This document shows positions 12,538-23,349 of a stretch of DNA of 64,000 bases, in pieces. This stretch comes from Azolla caroliniana (lineage: Eukaryota > Plantae > Polypodiophyta), in assembly GCA_043228905.1 (NCBI GenBank), contig JBHGNT010000020.1, positions 10,540,001-10,604,000 on the forward strand, given 5' to 3'. The first letter of the stretch is position 1; every line of letters starts with the position of its first letter. The translations under genes were made by a program, and so were the position numbers. Below the pieces are notes generated by a model. It made no database searches, was not told the DNA's origin, and worked only from the letters and a program-made list of their open reading frames with translations.

Positions 12538-12804
12538 TGTCAGGAACAATACCAAGACAGAGAAGGAATTAGTACTAAACGAAGGATTAGTACTATGAGA
12601 GGTGTAGAACTTCTTCGAGAGAAGGAAGGAGTGAGGGAGACGGAGAGAGAGAGAGAGAGAGAGTGTGTGTGTGTGTGTGATGATAAGAAAGATATGTATT
12701 ATATGAAGAGAATATACAATGGTGGCTAAAAGGCTTAAGACTGGCGTTGAACCAATTTGGTTCAACATAATGCCTAGTGCCCTCTTTTATAGTGTTTTTA
12801 GGAG
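12538..12804 (-). repeat. Truncated 5' LTR of chromovirus (LTR3; distal U3 missing)
   Basis: Closely matches 225-488, then switches abruptly to copia integrase sequence at 12805. Confidence 0.9.
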
Positions 12805-14100
12805 GGCGTTTTGTTGCGGAGTGTGTCGGCAAGCGAATTCTCGCCGAATTCCTTCCTTTCGGAGATACGTCGTGAAATCGTCGGAGAAGTACTCCTTGCC
12901 GCCATCCGATCAAAGACAACGTACATGTCGGCCCGTGGCTTTCTCGACTTCATTCTTGATTGTTTGGAAGTGTCTGAACACTTCGCTCTTTTGCCGCATC
13001 AGGTAGATCAAAGTGTACCTAGAGAAGTCGTCGATGAAGAGCACGTAATATCGGCATTCGCCGAATGTCGTCGTCTATGCCGGTCCCCATACGTCGGAAT
13101 GGACTACGTCGAGTAGACCTTTGCTCACATTCCGCTCTTTCGGGAATGGGTGTCGGTGTTGTTGGCCGAATTGGCACGTTTCGCATACACCTTCAATCTC
13201 CTTCTCTTTGAATGTCGGGAGTCCGATGACAACTCCTTTCGATTTCATTGCTTTGAGCTTTTGGAGATTTGTATGGCCAATCCGCTTGTGCCATAACTCT
13301 ATGTTGGAGTCGGCTTTCATGCCCTTTGCGAACATGGCCGATTTCATCTCGTGTGGGTCAAGAATGAACATTTGGCCCTCTCTTCGTCCGCGTGCGATGA
13401 GTCGGCCCTCTTTTTCGATGAAGTAACCGCCTTTGATTAAATCGAACTTGCATCCCTTGCTCTACAATTTGGCCAACGGAGACCAAATTCTTCGTAATGG
13501 TCGGTACATGCAAGACATTTTTAATGTAATTTTGCTTACCTCCTTTTCCGAACGGAACATTGCCAATGTGCCGAATCGGGTGCGTAGTGTCATCTCCGGT
13601 TTCAATATAGCCGCGTCGGTTCGTGTCTCGAAGTTCTCGAAACCATTCTTGATGCGATGTCATATGGTTCGAGGCACCGGAATCGACAAACCATACGTCT
13701 TCCGGACCGGAGGCACTAATTGAGGTAGCAGCCGACATAGAGTTTACTCTATGTTTCATCATGAACATTCCGCCACGGTCAGAGTTGTACGCATACATTC
13801 CACCACGATCTTCGTAGTCAGAGTTGTGCCCGTACATTTCGCCACGGTCAGAGTTGTATGCATACATTCCGCCACGGTCTTCGTAGTCGGAGTTGTGTGC
13901 GTAATTCATGAGTTGTCGGCTTGTGGAAGCCGATTCACGCATCTTCTTTCGGCACTCTTCGTCATGGTGGCCGAGCTTTCCGCAATATCCGCATTCGGTT
14001 GCGTTTTGACGGCTCATGTCGGAGTGGAAGCTCCCCCTTCTTGCGAAGGTTCCTCGTCTCCCTCGCTTTTCGGTGGCTCTGTCCTCGTCATCGGCTTTGT
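12805..14100 (-). pseudogene. Ty1/copia fragment: Zn knuckle, protease, pre-integrase, integrase N-half
   Basis: CGYCGKLGHHDEEC, WFVDSGASNHM, LWHKRIGH, VHSDVWGP, SDGGKEY...HTPQQNA; truncated at 12805. Confidence 0.88.
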
Positions 14101-14869
14101 TGCTTTTCAGTGTCCATGTCCCATCGTCTAGTTGTTGCCGTTGCCGTTTGCCGTTGCCATGGCTGTGCATTTCGGATATCGTCTCCGTCGCTCTTTATCT
14201 CTGTCCGGCCGTCGTCCTGTTGTCTTCTGGTCGTGTGTCCAGTCCATCCGTCTGTGTGGTCGCCTGTTCGACCCATTTGTCCCATCCTACTGTGTCTTGT
14301 GTCTTTTTGGTCGCCTTTGTCTAGTGCATCCGTCCTTAACTTTTTGGCGTTGTTGGTTGATGTCTAGTTTGCGTATGCATCTCCATCTCCGTCTTCTTTG
14401 ACCCTTCGGTGTTAACCGACTCCAGTTCTAGTTCCGATGCCATCCAACCCATCGTTTCGGCAACTCTGGCTGTCTGTTTAGGGTTTCCGGCTGCCACCAT
14501 TCCTTCCGGCCGTCGGCTGTTGTCCGTCTGGCTCGTCCAGCTGCTTCTTCGGTTACTCTTCCGCTGATGTCCGGTCGTCGGTCCGACTATCTCCATCGTC
14601 CGACACATTCGGCTTTCTCTGTTCGGCCTGGCTGTTGCTGGTACGCCACCACTTTAGCCGTTGGTATGTGGCCACTGCCGTTTGATCGTCGTCCCGGCTC
14701 TGTCACCGTTCCGACTGTTCGGCCCGTCTGGCCGACTATATGGTGGACGCCGTCTCTGGTCGTCTCTGGTCGTTCCCTCAATGGCAGTCAACATCCATGT
14801 CTCTGTTTGTCCGGTGGTCTTCGTCTGTGTTAGGTGTCTCCGACCGTGTCTTCCTCTTCCGACCATGCA

Positions 14870-15350
14870 TTCGGTCCGTCGTTTCTATTGTGACTCTAAA
14901 CAGCTCTTCATCCGGAAAGTCGTCTGGGACTCCGTCACCGGTTTCGTCGAAATCTAACCAGCTTAAATAGTCTGCTACCGCATGTTATATGTCGGGTCGG
15001 TGGAATATCTCGAACTCGAATTCTTGGAATAGTAACGTCCACCGGGCCAACTTACCAGTGAGTGATGCTTTGGACACGAAATATAGGAGCGTCGAATGAT
15101 CTACGTGAAAGGAAAATTTCCTTCCCAATAGATAGTGTCTAAACTTGGTGACACTATAGATCATACCCAAGGCCTCCCTTTCCGTTGTGGAATAATTCTG
15201 TTCCGCTTGGGACAACTTCCGGCTGGCATAATAGACTAGCTGATACTATTTCGGTTTTGTCAGTTGCATCAGTGCGCTCCCGATTGCGATGTCGGTCACG
15301 TCAACGAACACATGGAACTCTTTGGACCAATCCGGAGGTTGCACCACCAG
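14870..15350 (-). pseudogene. Gypsy (non-chromovirus) RNase H fragment
   Basis: VQPPDWSKEFHVFVD, YASRKLSQAEQNYSTTEREALG, LARWTLLF; homologous to 24600-25110. Confidence 0.85.
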
Positions 15351-15430
15351 CCCGTGTACTGACACCAGACGACGATATGTCGTTCTAATATCCCAGATAC
15401 CAGGATGATCCGGACGCGGAAGTCCACATC

Positions 15431-17488
15431 TGTTATCGGTCGGCAAAGGAGTACAGAGTGTGAAACGGAGGAGTTATTTAATTATTAGGAATGGTTGTAA
15501 GTAAGCTATTAGTGTGGACGGACGGACCGGAATCGGTATGCCGTTCCGGATCCGGATCCGGACCGATCCCGAACAGGTGCGGATGGCACCGTTTTGTACT
15601 ACAAACCGGAAACCTATTTAAAGGCCTGGATACAATGTAATGAGCAACGGATAATTAATGAAGCTTAGTGTTTTTATCTCTCTGTGTTAATTGTCGTTCT
15701 GCATTCATTGTTATATCTTACGCGTGTGATTATTAAGGACGATCTTGCTAAGTAACCTAATGAAGTCAGATTAATTGTTGAGCCTAATCCTCTCGCTGTA
15801 ACACCCCTTTGGTGAAGTGTCTTCCGTAGACACCCTGTGTTAGGCCATTGTCCGGTCCTAAGAGTGTCTACGGAAGACACTCTCGGATTGCGTCCTTATC
15901 CGGTTCTGCTTCAGTCTATTCCGGCTGCGGTAAGTATGGCGCTACTGCTTCGGCAATGTCAATTTCGAAGAGGGGTACGATCTTCGGGTTTTCCTGCAAG
16001 TATTGAGCTTCTTCTTCGTCAGCTAACCCTTCTAGCATGTTGACGCACTCTGCATACAACGGTGTACATTCCTTGCCAGTGCTCGTCCTTGGTTGTGTTG
16101 GTACCCGTACCTTGGCTTTTCCTCGCCGGAAGGTAATTATATTTTTCCTCCAATTCTGTTTGATATGTGCCGTTTTCAACCACGGCCGCCCCAGCAATAG
16201 CGGGTATGCGCCTTGTGCCTGTAATTGTAGCACTACTGCCGAGATGTGAAATGTATGACCGCCAACGGTGACTTCTAATTTTCGTATTAATCCTGTCGGC
16301 CGCACTGAGCTTGTATCGGCCATCCGTAACCAGAACGGACACGACTCCCACTCGTGGATTCCCAGGGCATCACACGTCCGGAGGCTTATTACATTCACCC
16401 CGGAGCCTCCGTCTATTACTGTGTCGGGGAGTTCTTTCCCTTTTACAATGGCAGTAATTACCGGACTGTTGATGTCCACCACCGTTGGTCCCACCTCTGA
16501 ATTCGAGAAGAGTACCGGTGCCGGTGATGATTCTCCTTTCGTCATGGCTGTCTTCAGTCCTTCCGTGAATCTCGGCACGAGCTGTAGGAGTCTTCCTAGT
16601 GGCAACGTAATCTGGCATTCTTGCAACGCCTGCCATGTCTCGTTCTCGGAGTGACTGCCGTCGGCAAGCCCTACGGTGTTCTCCTTTTGCCGTTGTAAGT
16701 CTGTGACATTTTGCTCGTGTTCTTTCTTCACCCATTCCGTCGCTTGCTTCCGGATGGTCTCTTGCGTCTCCCATTCCTTGGCCATGCCCTTCGACCTTGT
16801 GGTCACCTGCTGCAGATCTGCCACTTCAGGGACTACCATATTTACTGCCGGTCGTTTGTCATAGCTCTTCGTCGGGCATTGATTACTATAATGGCCTTCC
16901 TGTCGGCAGTAGTAGCAATAGGCTTTCCGGGTATTGCTGGATTCGGCATTGTCTGTTGTACCCGAGGCAGGTCCCGTGGTAAGTGCGGGGTTAGTGGCCG
17001 GTTGGCTGCTTGAAGCTCCTTGTTCCGGATCCCGTGGGTAGCCGCCAAAAACTGTGTTAACTCTTAGGACCGAACAATGGCCTAACACAGGGTGTCTACG
17101 AAAGACACTTCACCAAAGGGGTGTTACGGCGAGAGGATTAGGCTCAACGATTAATCTGACTTAATTAGGTTACTTAGCAAGATCGTCCTTAATAATCACA
17201 CGCGTAAGATATAACAATGAATGCAGAACTACAATTAACACAGAGAGATAAAAACACTAAGCTTCATTAATTATCCGCTGCTCATTACATTGTATCTGGG
17301 CCTTTAAATAGGTTTCCGGTTTGTAGTACAAAACGGTGCCATCCGCACCTGTTCGGGATCGGTCCGGATCCGGAACGGCATACCGATTCCGGTCCGTCCG
17401 TCCACACTAATAGCTTACTTACAACCATTCCTAATAATTAAATAACTCCTCCGTTTCACACTCTGGACTCCTTTGCCGGTCGGTAACA
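15431..17488. mobile_element. Defective gypsy derivative with inverted LTR arms (15431-15865 and 17055-17488)
   Basis: Arms are reverse complements of ~435 bp; TSD ACATC at 15426-15430 and 17489-17493; internal PBS, Zn knuckle and protease on minus. Confidence 0.92.
15885..17040 (-). pseudogene. Gag C-terminal CCHC knuckle plus aspartic protease (VIDGGSGVN)
   Basis: ORF 15916-17088; near-identical to 26220-27380. Confidence 0.85.
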
Positions 17489-18627
17489 ACATCCATGCGT
17501 TTCAGCAGACCTGGGAGGCGAACCATGTGTCCCAACGCTTAAATGCAGTCGAAGATGAACGCTCAAAAAGGGCAGAGTTTGGCATGACCTTGGAGGGACC
17601 GGCCGCCAGATGGCACCGAACACAAGATCCCAACACCATCCCCACTTTTGAAACATTAAAGACAAAAAATTTGCATTTCTTTCACAAGGAGATGGACCAA
17701 CGGGAAATGGTAGACTTATTTTACAACATCCGGCAGGAACCAACGAAGAACATTCAGCAATTTGTCATCCGGTTCCAGCGGATCGACAGTCAGCTCAACC
17801 GGACACCACCACAGGAAGAAACAAAGGCCATATTCTTAGCAGCCCTCCGGGAACCCTTACGTACGGTGTGCACTGTTATTGATTTCTGCACCAACAACAT
17901 AGATCAAGTGATCGACCGAGTTCGGGAAATGGAAACCTCAAGTTCATGGCTAACCATGGGCACACTTCAGCGGGCACTACCAACGGAAGAGGACCTTCGT
18001 TTCCGGCAAGCAGTTCAGTGTACGACATGCATGAATGCCGGACATTTGGCGCTGGAATGCACCATGCGTTCCCAATGCTTGTTCTGCCACTCCAGAAGTC
18101 ACACAATGGAATGGTGTGAGTATAACTTGTTAAATCAGCAAGCACCACCAGTCCGGAAAATTGAACCACGGAGCAACCAGGAGGAAGAAGAAGAATGTTG
18201 GCGACGAGAGGAGCGCTACCGACCGGCACAAGATGTCCGGTACAGCGATCGAAGAGACGCTTATGACCAGTATGACAGACAGGATAGATACCGGGACTAT
18301 AATGGACGGTACGAGAGATACAACCGGGATCACTCCCCTGGTTACAACCACCGAAGGGACGACTATGGCAAGTATGATGACCAACACCGTCAAGGTTACC
18401 GAAACAAAAAGAATTTCAAGAAACGTCATTTCAACAAAAAGGGGGGTCATCCACGGAAACCAGAAAAGGGCGCTCCAAGCAACCAACCAGACCAAAACCA
18501 AGCACTTACCACAAAACCTCCACCAAGCACACACGCCGAATCCAGCGACACCCGGAAGCCGTACCGTCGTGGTTGCCAAAAGGTGTTGTATGTTTTAAGG
18601 TTAGGGTTAATGGTAATGATGATTATC

Positions 18628-19410
18628 TGACGGGAACTCAACGCTCCTTATACACAACGCTCGGCCACAACCGAGCTTCTTTTCATACACAGGAAACAGG
18701 AAACGAAAACACGCGACACAAAGGAGAGAAAAAAGGGTACACAGAATGTTTACGTGGAAAACCCAAAGAGGGAAAACCCACGGCAGCCCACAGGCTGCAA
18801 ACTATCACTAAGTTGGAATGTACAAAACAGTGAGTTCACAAAGGCAACGACCTCGTGCTCACGATCTTCGCCACAGGTGGCGGTTACAACAGAGGCAGCG
18901 ACCTCTCTCTCTCTCTCTCTCTCTCTGTACACTGTTACATGCTCTCTCTTCTTCTTGCACCAACAAGGAAAAATGACAACAACTACTAAACGTTTGCCCT
19001 AAGTCATATTTATACTAATATGACTTTTCGGCTATTTACAAATGTAGCCTCGATGGGCTCTCAGAAACATATTCACGAATATGTCTCTTCATCCGGTTCT
19101 CACCGGGTCTATACCATCCGGCTCTCCGTAGCCGGGTAATCCTCATCCGGTCTTCACCGGGTATATATCATCCGGCTCTCCGTAGCCGGGTACTCCTCAT
19201 CCGGTTCATACTGGGCCTGCACCATCCGGCTCTCCGTAGCCAGGTACTCCTCATCCGGTTCACACAGAGCCTGCACCATCCGGCTCTCCGTAGCCGGGTA
19301 CTCCTCATCCGGTCTTCACCGGGTCTGTATCATCCGGCTCTCCGTAGCCGGTTACTCCTCATCCGGTCTTCACCGGGTCTGCACCATCCGGAGGGACCTG
19401 TCTCCCAACA
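18628..19410 (-). mobile_element. Copia solo LTR related to the copy A/B LTRs
   Basis: TG...CA, TSD TTATC (18623-18627, 19411-19415); shares the GCCCTAAGTCATATTTATA and CTCGGCCACAACCGAG blocks with the A/B LTRs. Confidence 0.88.
19090..19392. repeat. ~5.5 x 54-bp tandem repeat in U3 of the solo LTR
   Basis: Units begin at 19090, 19144, 19198, 19252, 19306 and 19360 (CATCCGG...CCGGGT subunits). Confidence 0.9.
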
Positions 19411-20071
19411 TTATCGATGACGAAGATATACATGGTGTAATAATGAAGATGATGGAGAGTATGATGGTGAGAGAGATCACGAAGATGTTGACAAGCATTG
19501 AAAAGCATTGCGGGGTGGGGGGGTGGTGCCTAGAATGGCTCCAACCCCCCTCCCAAGGGGGTTCAACGTTAAGGGGAGGGAATGTTAACTCTTAGGGCCG
19601 GACAATGGCCTAACATAGAGTGTCTACGGAAGACACTTCACCAAAGGGTGTTACGGCAACCGGATTAGACTCAACGCTTAATCCGACTCAATTAAGTTAC
19701 TTAGCATGATCGTCTTTCATAATCACACGCGTAAGATATAACAATTAAGACAGAACGACAATTAACACACAGAGATAACAACGCTAAGCTTTTATTAATT
19801 AACCGCTATTCATTACATTGTATGCGGGCCTTTAAATAGGTTTCCGGTCTGTATTACAAAACGGTGCCATCCGCACCTGTTCGGGATCGGTTCGGATCCG
19901 GAACGGCATACCGATTCCGGTCCGTCCGTTCACACTCATAGCTTAATTACAACCACATTCCTATTACTTAAATAACTCTCCGTTTCCCACTCTGGACTCC
20001 TTTGCCGGCCGGTAACACATGGCACGCCCGTGGGACAGTACCTTGTACGTCGAATCCACAACCGACCCTTG

Positions 20072-22821
20072 CTATTCATCGTCCAAAATATCCAGAATGC
20101 TTTGTTCGAGAGTCTCCAATGGTTCATCTGGAATTGGTTGTTGTTGTTGTTGTTGTTGTTGCTCTGTTGACGTCTGCTGCGATGGGTCCGTTGATGGCTG
20201 CTGCGGCTGCTCCTCCGTTTGTTGCTCTGACACCGGCGTCTCCGTCGTTGCTCCCTTCGTTGTAGTGGTCTCCGGTTGACTAGTTCCGGGCTGGCCCTCA
20301 ATCGGCGACGGTTCCTCATCACTAAGGTTAACCGTTGCCGCTTCCCTTGCTTTTTCTTCCCGAACCCGGGGACCGCTCGTACCTTTCAAACTGGATTTGA
20401 GCTACGAGCTGCCTGACCTGCGCCAGTTGTTCATCCGCCAGGACTTGGAAGTCGTCGGCCAACTCGTCCCGTACGGCGGTGAAGTCCTCCGAAGTCAACG
20501 TATAACAATCATCTCCTTCCTTCCGCCGGTTTGCCACATCTGCCCGTAGCAATTGGAGTTCCACCGAGTTTTGTGCCCACTTTGTCCACCATCTTACGGA
20601 GCTTTCATCAATCAAGTGTTTTGTCTGATTCAGCCATGCCCGGACGATGGACTGAATCTGGCCCGTTCCCAATTGCGATTTGGTTTCCGCTGCTTGTCGT
20701 TCCTCCTTCAGTTGCTTGATGATTTTGACGTTGTCTTCCGCCTGCGCCTTGTAATGCGTCAATTGCCTTTGATATGTGCTTTGTAATTTCTGCAATACTG
20801 TTGACGCTCTCTCTTTTTCTTCCTGCTGCTGCCTCTGGAGCTCCATCCGGACCTTCTCCGCCTCGTCCAAGCGTCTTGTATTTTCCGCACGTTCGTCGGC
20901 GATCGCCGTCGCGGCCCGATCAACTTCTTGCTGGAGCTCGGCCATCCGTTCCTTATGCTCCGTTTCCAGCCGTTTGGAGTCCCGGTGCAGGTGCTCAAAA
21001 TCATCTGTCTTTTGCTTGAGCCGTGCGTTGATCTGTCGACGGGCCCGGTCCTCGCGGTCCTTCTGCTGGCGGAGCTCTTCCTTTAGCCGTTCAATTTCCG
21101 TTTCCGCCGTCTTCCGCAGCTTGTCCTTTTCCTACAGCACTTTGTCTTTTTCCTCCTTTAGCCGGTCGTACGCTTGATGGCCTTTCCGGAGGCTCTCCTC
21201 TGCCCGACAGAGGTTCTCAGTAGTCTTCTTTAATTCGGCTTCGGCCGCTGTCTTCAATTCCCGTTCACGGCTCCTTAGCGCTTCTTGTGCGGCAAGTTCA
21301 TCTCTCAATTCCGCAAGCTCCTAGGCTTGCACCGCATCTCTCGCCGGAACGGTTTCCGTTGTCGGGGTCTTATTGGTATGTACAGGTCGATCCGTTTCTT
21401 TATTCTATACACTTACCGGTGATTGGATCTGTGTTGCCGTTAAGGCCATTTTGGCCATCTCTGTCGTTACCTGATCCAAGTCTTTTTCAAGGCACCAGAT
21501 TCTGGACCGGGCCGTCTCTAGTTGTTCGGTTGTGACGAGCAACAGTTCGCTTTGCGCTCTTTCTTCTGCCTCAATATACCCACTGCTCCGGCTATCTGTT
21601 CGCCTATCCACCGGAGCCACAGGCTACCAGTGCCTTGTTGTGCTTGCACGGAGGTTTGACAGATGGGCTCACTTGTAGATGGGTGGTCCCGCCTAGTTGC
21701 GCCGAGTTGCAGTTCCGTTTCTGCCCGTGGACCACCCTGCTGTCCTGGTTCCCCTTGCGCTTCATCTTGGCTGGCCGAGGGAGGCTGCATTGACCTTTTC
21801 GGCTCTGGCGGGATGGGACTTGCCGGTGTTGCCGATGGTGCCGGGGCTTCTAATTCTGGTGCCATGCACACCGGTTCCGGTTCCTTCCTTGGCGTGGGAG
21901 TCTCGGTATGGGGAGCCGAGCCGGTGTTCCCTCCGTCTGAGGGTCCGAACGTTTCCCGACTGCCTCAACGGTCCTTGCCGACGACCGTCGCTAGAGGTGC
22001 TCCGTAGGCTCCTCCTCTATTTCCTCTTCCTGAGTCCCGGCATTGAGTTTTGCCGCCAAGGGGTCCGCTTCTCTATTCACCGATCGACGGAGTGTAACCT
22101 TTACGGGCCGTGCCGGTGGTTCCTCCTGCGCATCCGTTGGCCGCTTCCGGCTGCCGCTCTCCTTTCCCGCCTGTTCTACATCCGCCGCCTTTCCCTTAGT
22201 GGCCTTAGAGGTCAACAACTGTTGTCGTTTGGAAGCCGTCTTTGGGGTGCCATCCGCCACTCTTCCTCGCTTCTTGGGCTGGACGGGTGGCACAAGCAAG
22301 GTGAGCCACTGCGTTACGGCGTGCCATATCCTCCGTCCGTCTCGGGCTTCTTTGCCGTCTTTGCCTCTGACGATCTCGATCGCCGCACACAACCCGTCTG
22401 CGATCAATACCGGCCAATCCACCTTGATCCCTTCATAGGTGGCGATGATCATCCCTGCCCGGTTCTGCGGCATGACAGGGGGTCTAGGGTACACATGGTC
22501 ATATTCGTGGAGCACACGAGCAATCTCGCGGAACAGCATATCTCCGCCGCCCTGTGTCTGGTAGCCCTTGCTGGCGAGAGAGTACTCACCAAAATACCTG
22601 ATGAGCTGCTCTGGGGTTGGGTTGTCAATCGTGAGTATGCCTCCCTCCGATAGGCCTATTAACGCTCGAATCGCCTCTGTCGTTATGACCTCTGTGTCGA
22701 TTTCTTTGATCACTTTGTCGGCTTCTTTGTGTGGCGGCACTTCCATCATCATCAAGAAGCCCTCGAGCCCGTGTTGCTTTAGCCATGTCTTGGCGGCTTC
22801 CGACAGCGTTTGCGGGTCCAT
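20072..22821 (-). pseudogene. Extra ORF downstream of pol (globular N-domain, low-complexity linker, long coiled coil), disrupted
   Basis: Sense-strand ORF pieces 21991-22821, 21518-21871, 21405-21620, 20328-20945 and 20072-20389, all inside the LTRs. Confidence 0.7.
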
Positions 22822-23152
22822 GTCTGTGTCGAGGTCGGATTGCAGTGGCGAGGTTGGATGGTGATGAGAGTGAGATTGAGAGAGAGCGAGTTCAGAAGGC
22901 GGGGGTTCTCTGTGCGTAGGTTCTCGTCTGATGATCTTGCAGCGTCTTGGTGCTTCTGTGCTCCTAGGTTCGCGAAAGTAAAGGGTCTCTACGCGCAGTG
23001 GTTTTTGTCTGTGCATTCTGGCACCTTTTTCGAGTGTGTGCATGTCGTGTACTAAAATAGCATTATTTCCTGTGGTGGCGCTTTAAATGCCCACTACGTA
23101 CCTTTTTGCTCCTCGCTCTTTCATCCATTCATTCCACGCTTTTGCATGATTG

Positions 23153-23206
<54 letters not shown>
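23153..23206. repeat. (ATT)n microsatellite between pol and the extra ORF
   Basis: Direct reading. Confidence 0.95.
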
Positions 23207-23207
<1 letters not shown>

Positions 23208-23349
23208 GTGTGACGTTACTTGTCTGCTGGTCCTCTCAGACCCTTACCGGCCTCATTCTCCCCAGTTACCGGCTCGCCGTCTCTGCCGTCTTGGTGGTTG
23301 TCGTTTCCCGCACTAGTGTCGGTCCTTTGCTCAAATGGGTTCTTAGGCA

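Larger units (their letters stand above)
225..12804 (-). mobile_element. Ty3/gypsy chromovirus (Tcn1-like), composite with three LTRs; 5' LTR truncated
   Basis: Order gag-PR-RT-RH-INT-chromodomain on minus. LTR copies at 225-663, 1951-2385 and 12538-12804. PPT AGGGGGGATAG abuts the LTRs at 664 and 2386. Confidence 0.92.
15350..18563 (+). pseudogene. Gypsy gag fragment in inverted orientation, interrupted by the 15431-17488 insertion
   Basis: DDDMSF*YPRYQDDPDAEVHI|HAFQQTWEANHVSQR...CTTCMNAGH; homologous to the gag at 27250-28420. Confidence 0.85.

Noticed and set aside
18584-18627. Solo LTR boundary at TGTTG 18584
   Set aside because: The TSD TTATC matches only with a boundary at 18628; 18584 is the end of the older host LTR
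19090-19392. CRISPR-like regular repeat
   Set aside because: No unique spacers, lies within an LTR, eukaryotic context, no cas genes
19570-19582. AAGGGGAGGGAA as the PPT of a plus-strand element
   Set aside because: It includes the TSD GGGAA and belongs to the host LTR; PBS and ORFs show the element is on minus
21697-22653. 318-aa plus-strand ORF and similar antisense ORFs across the TEs
   Set aside because: Shadow frames of GC-rich coding sequence with no recognisable motifs
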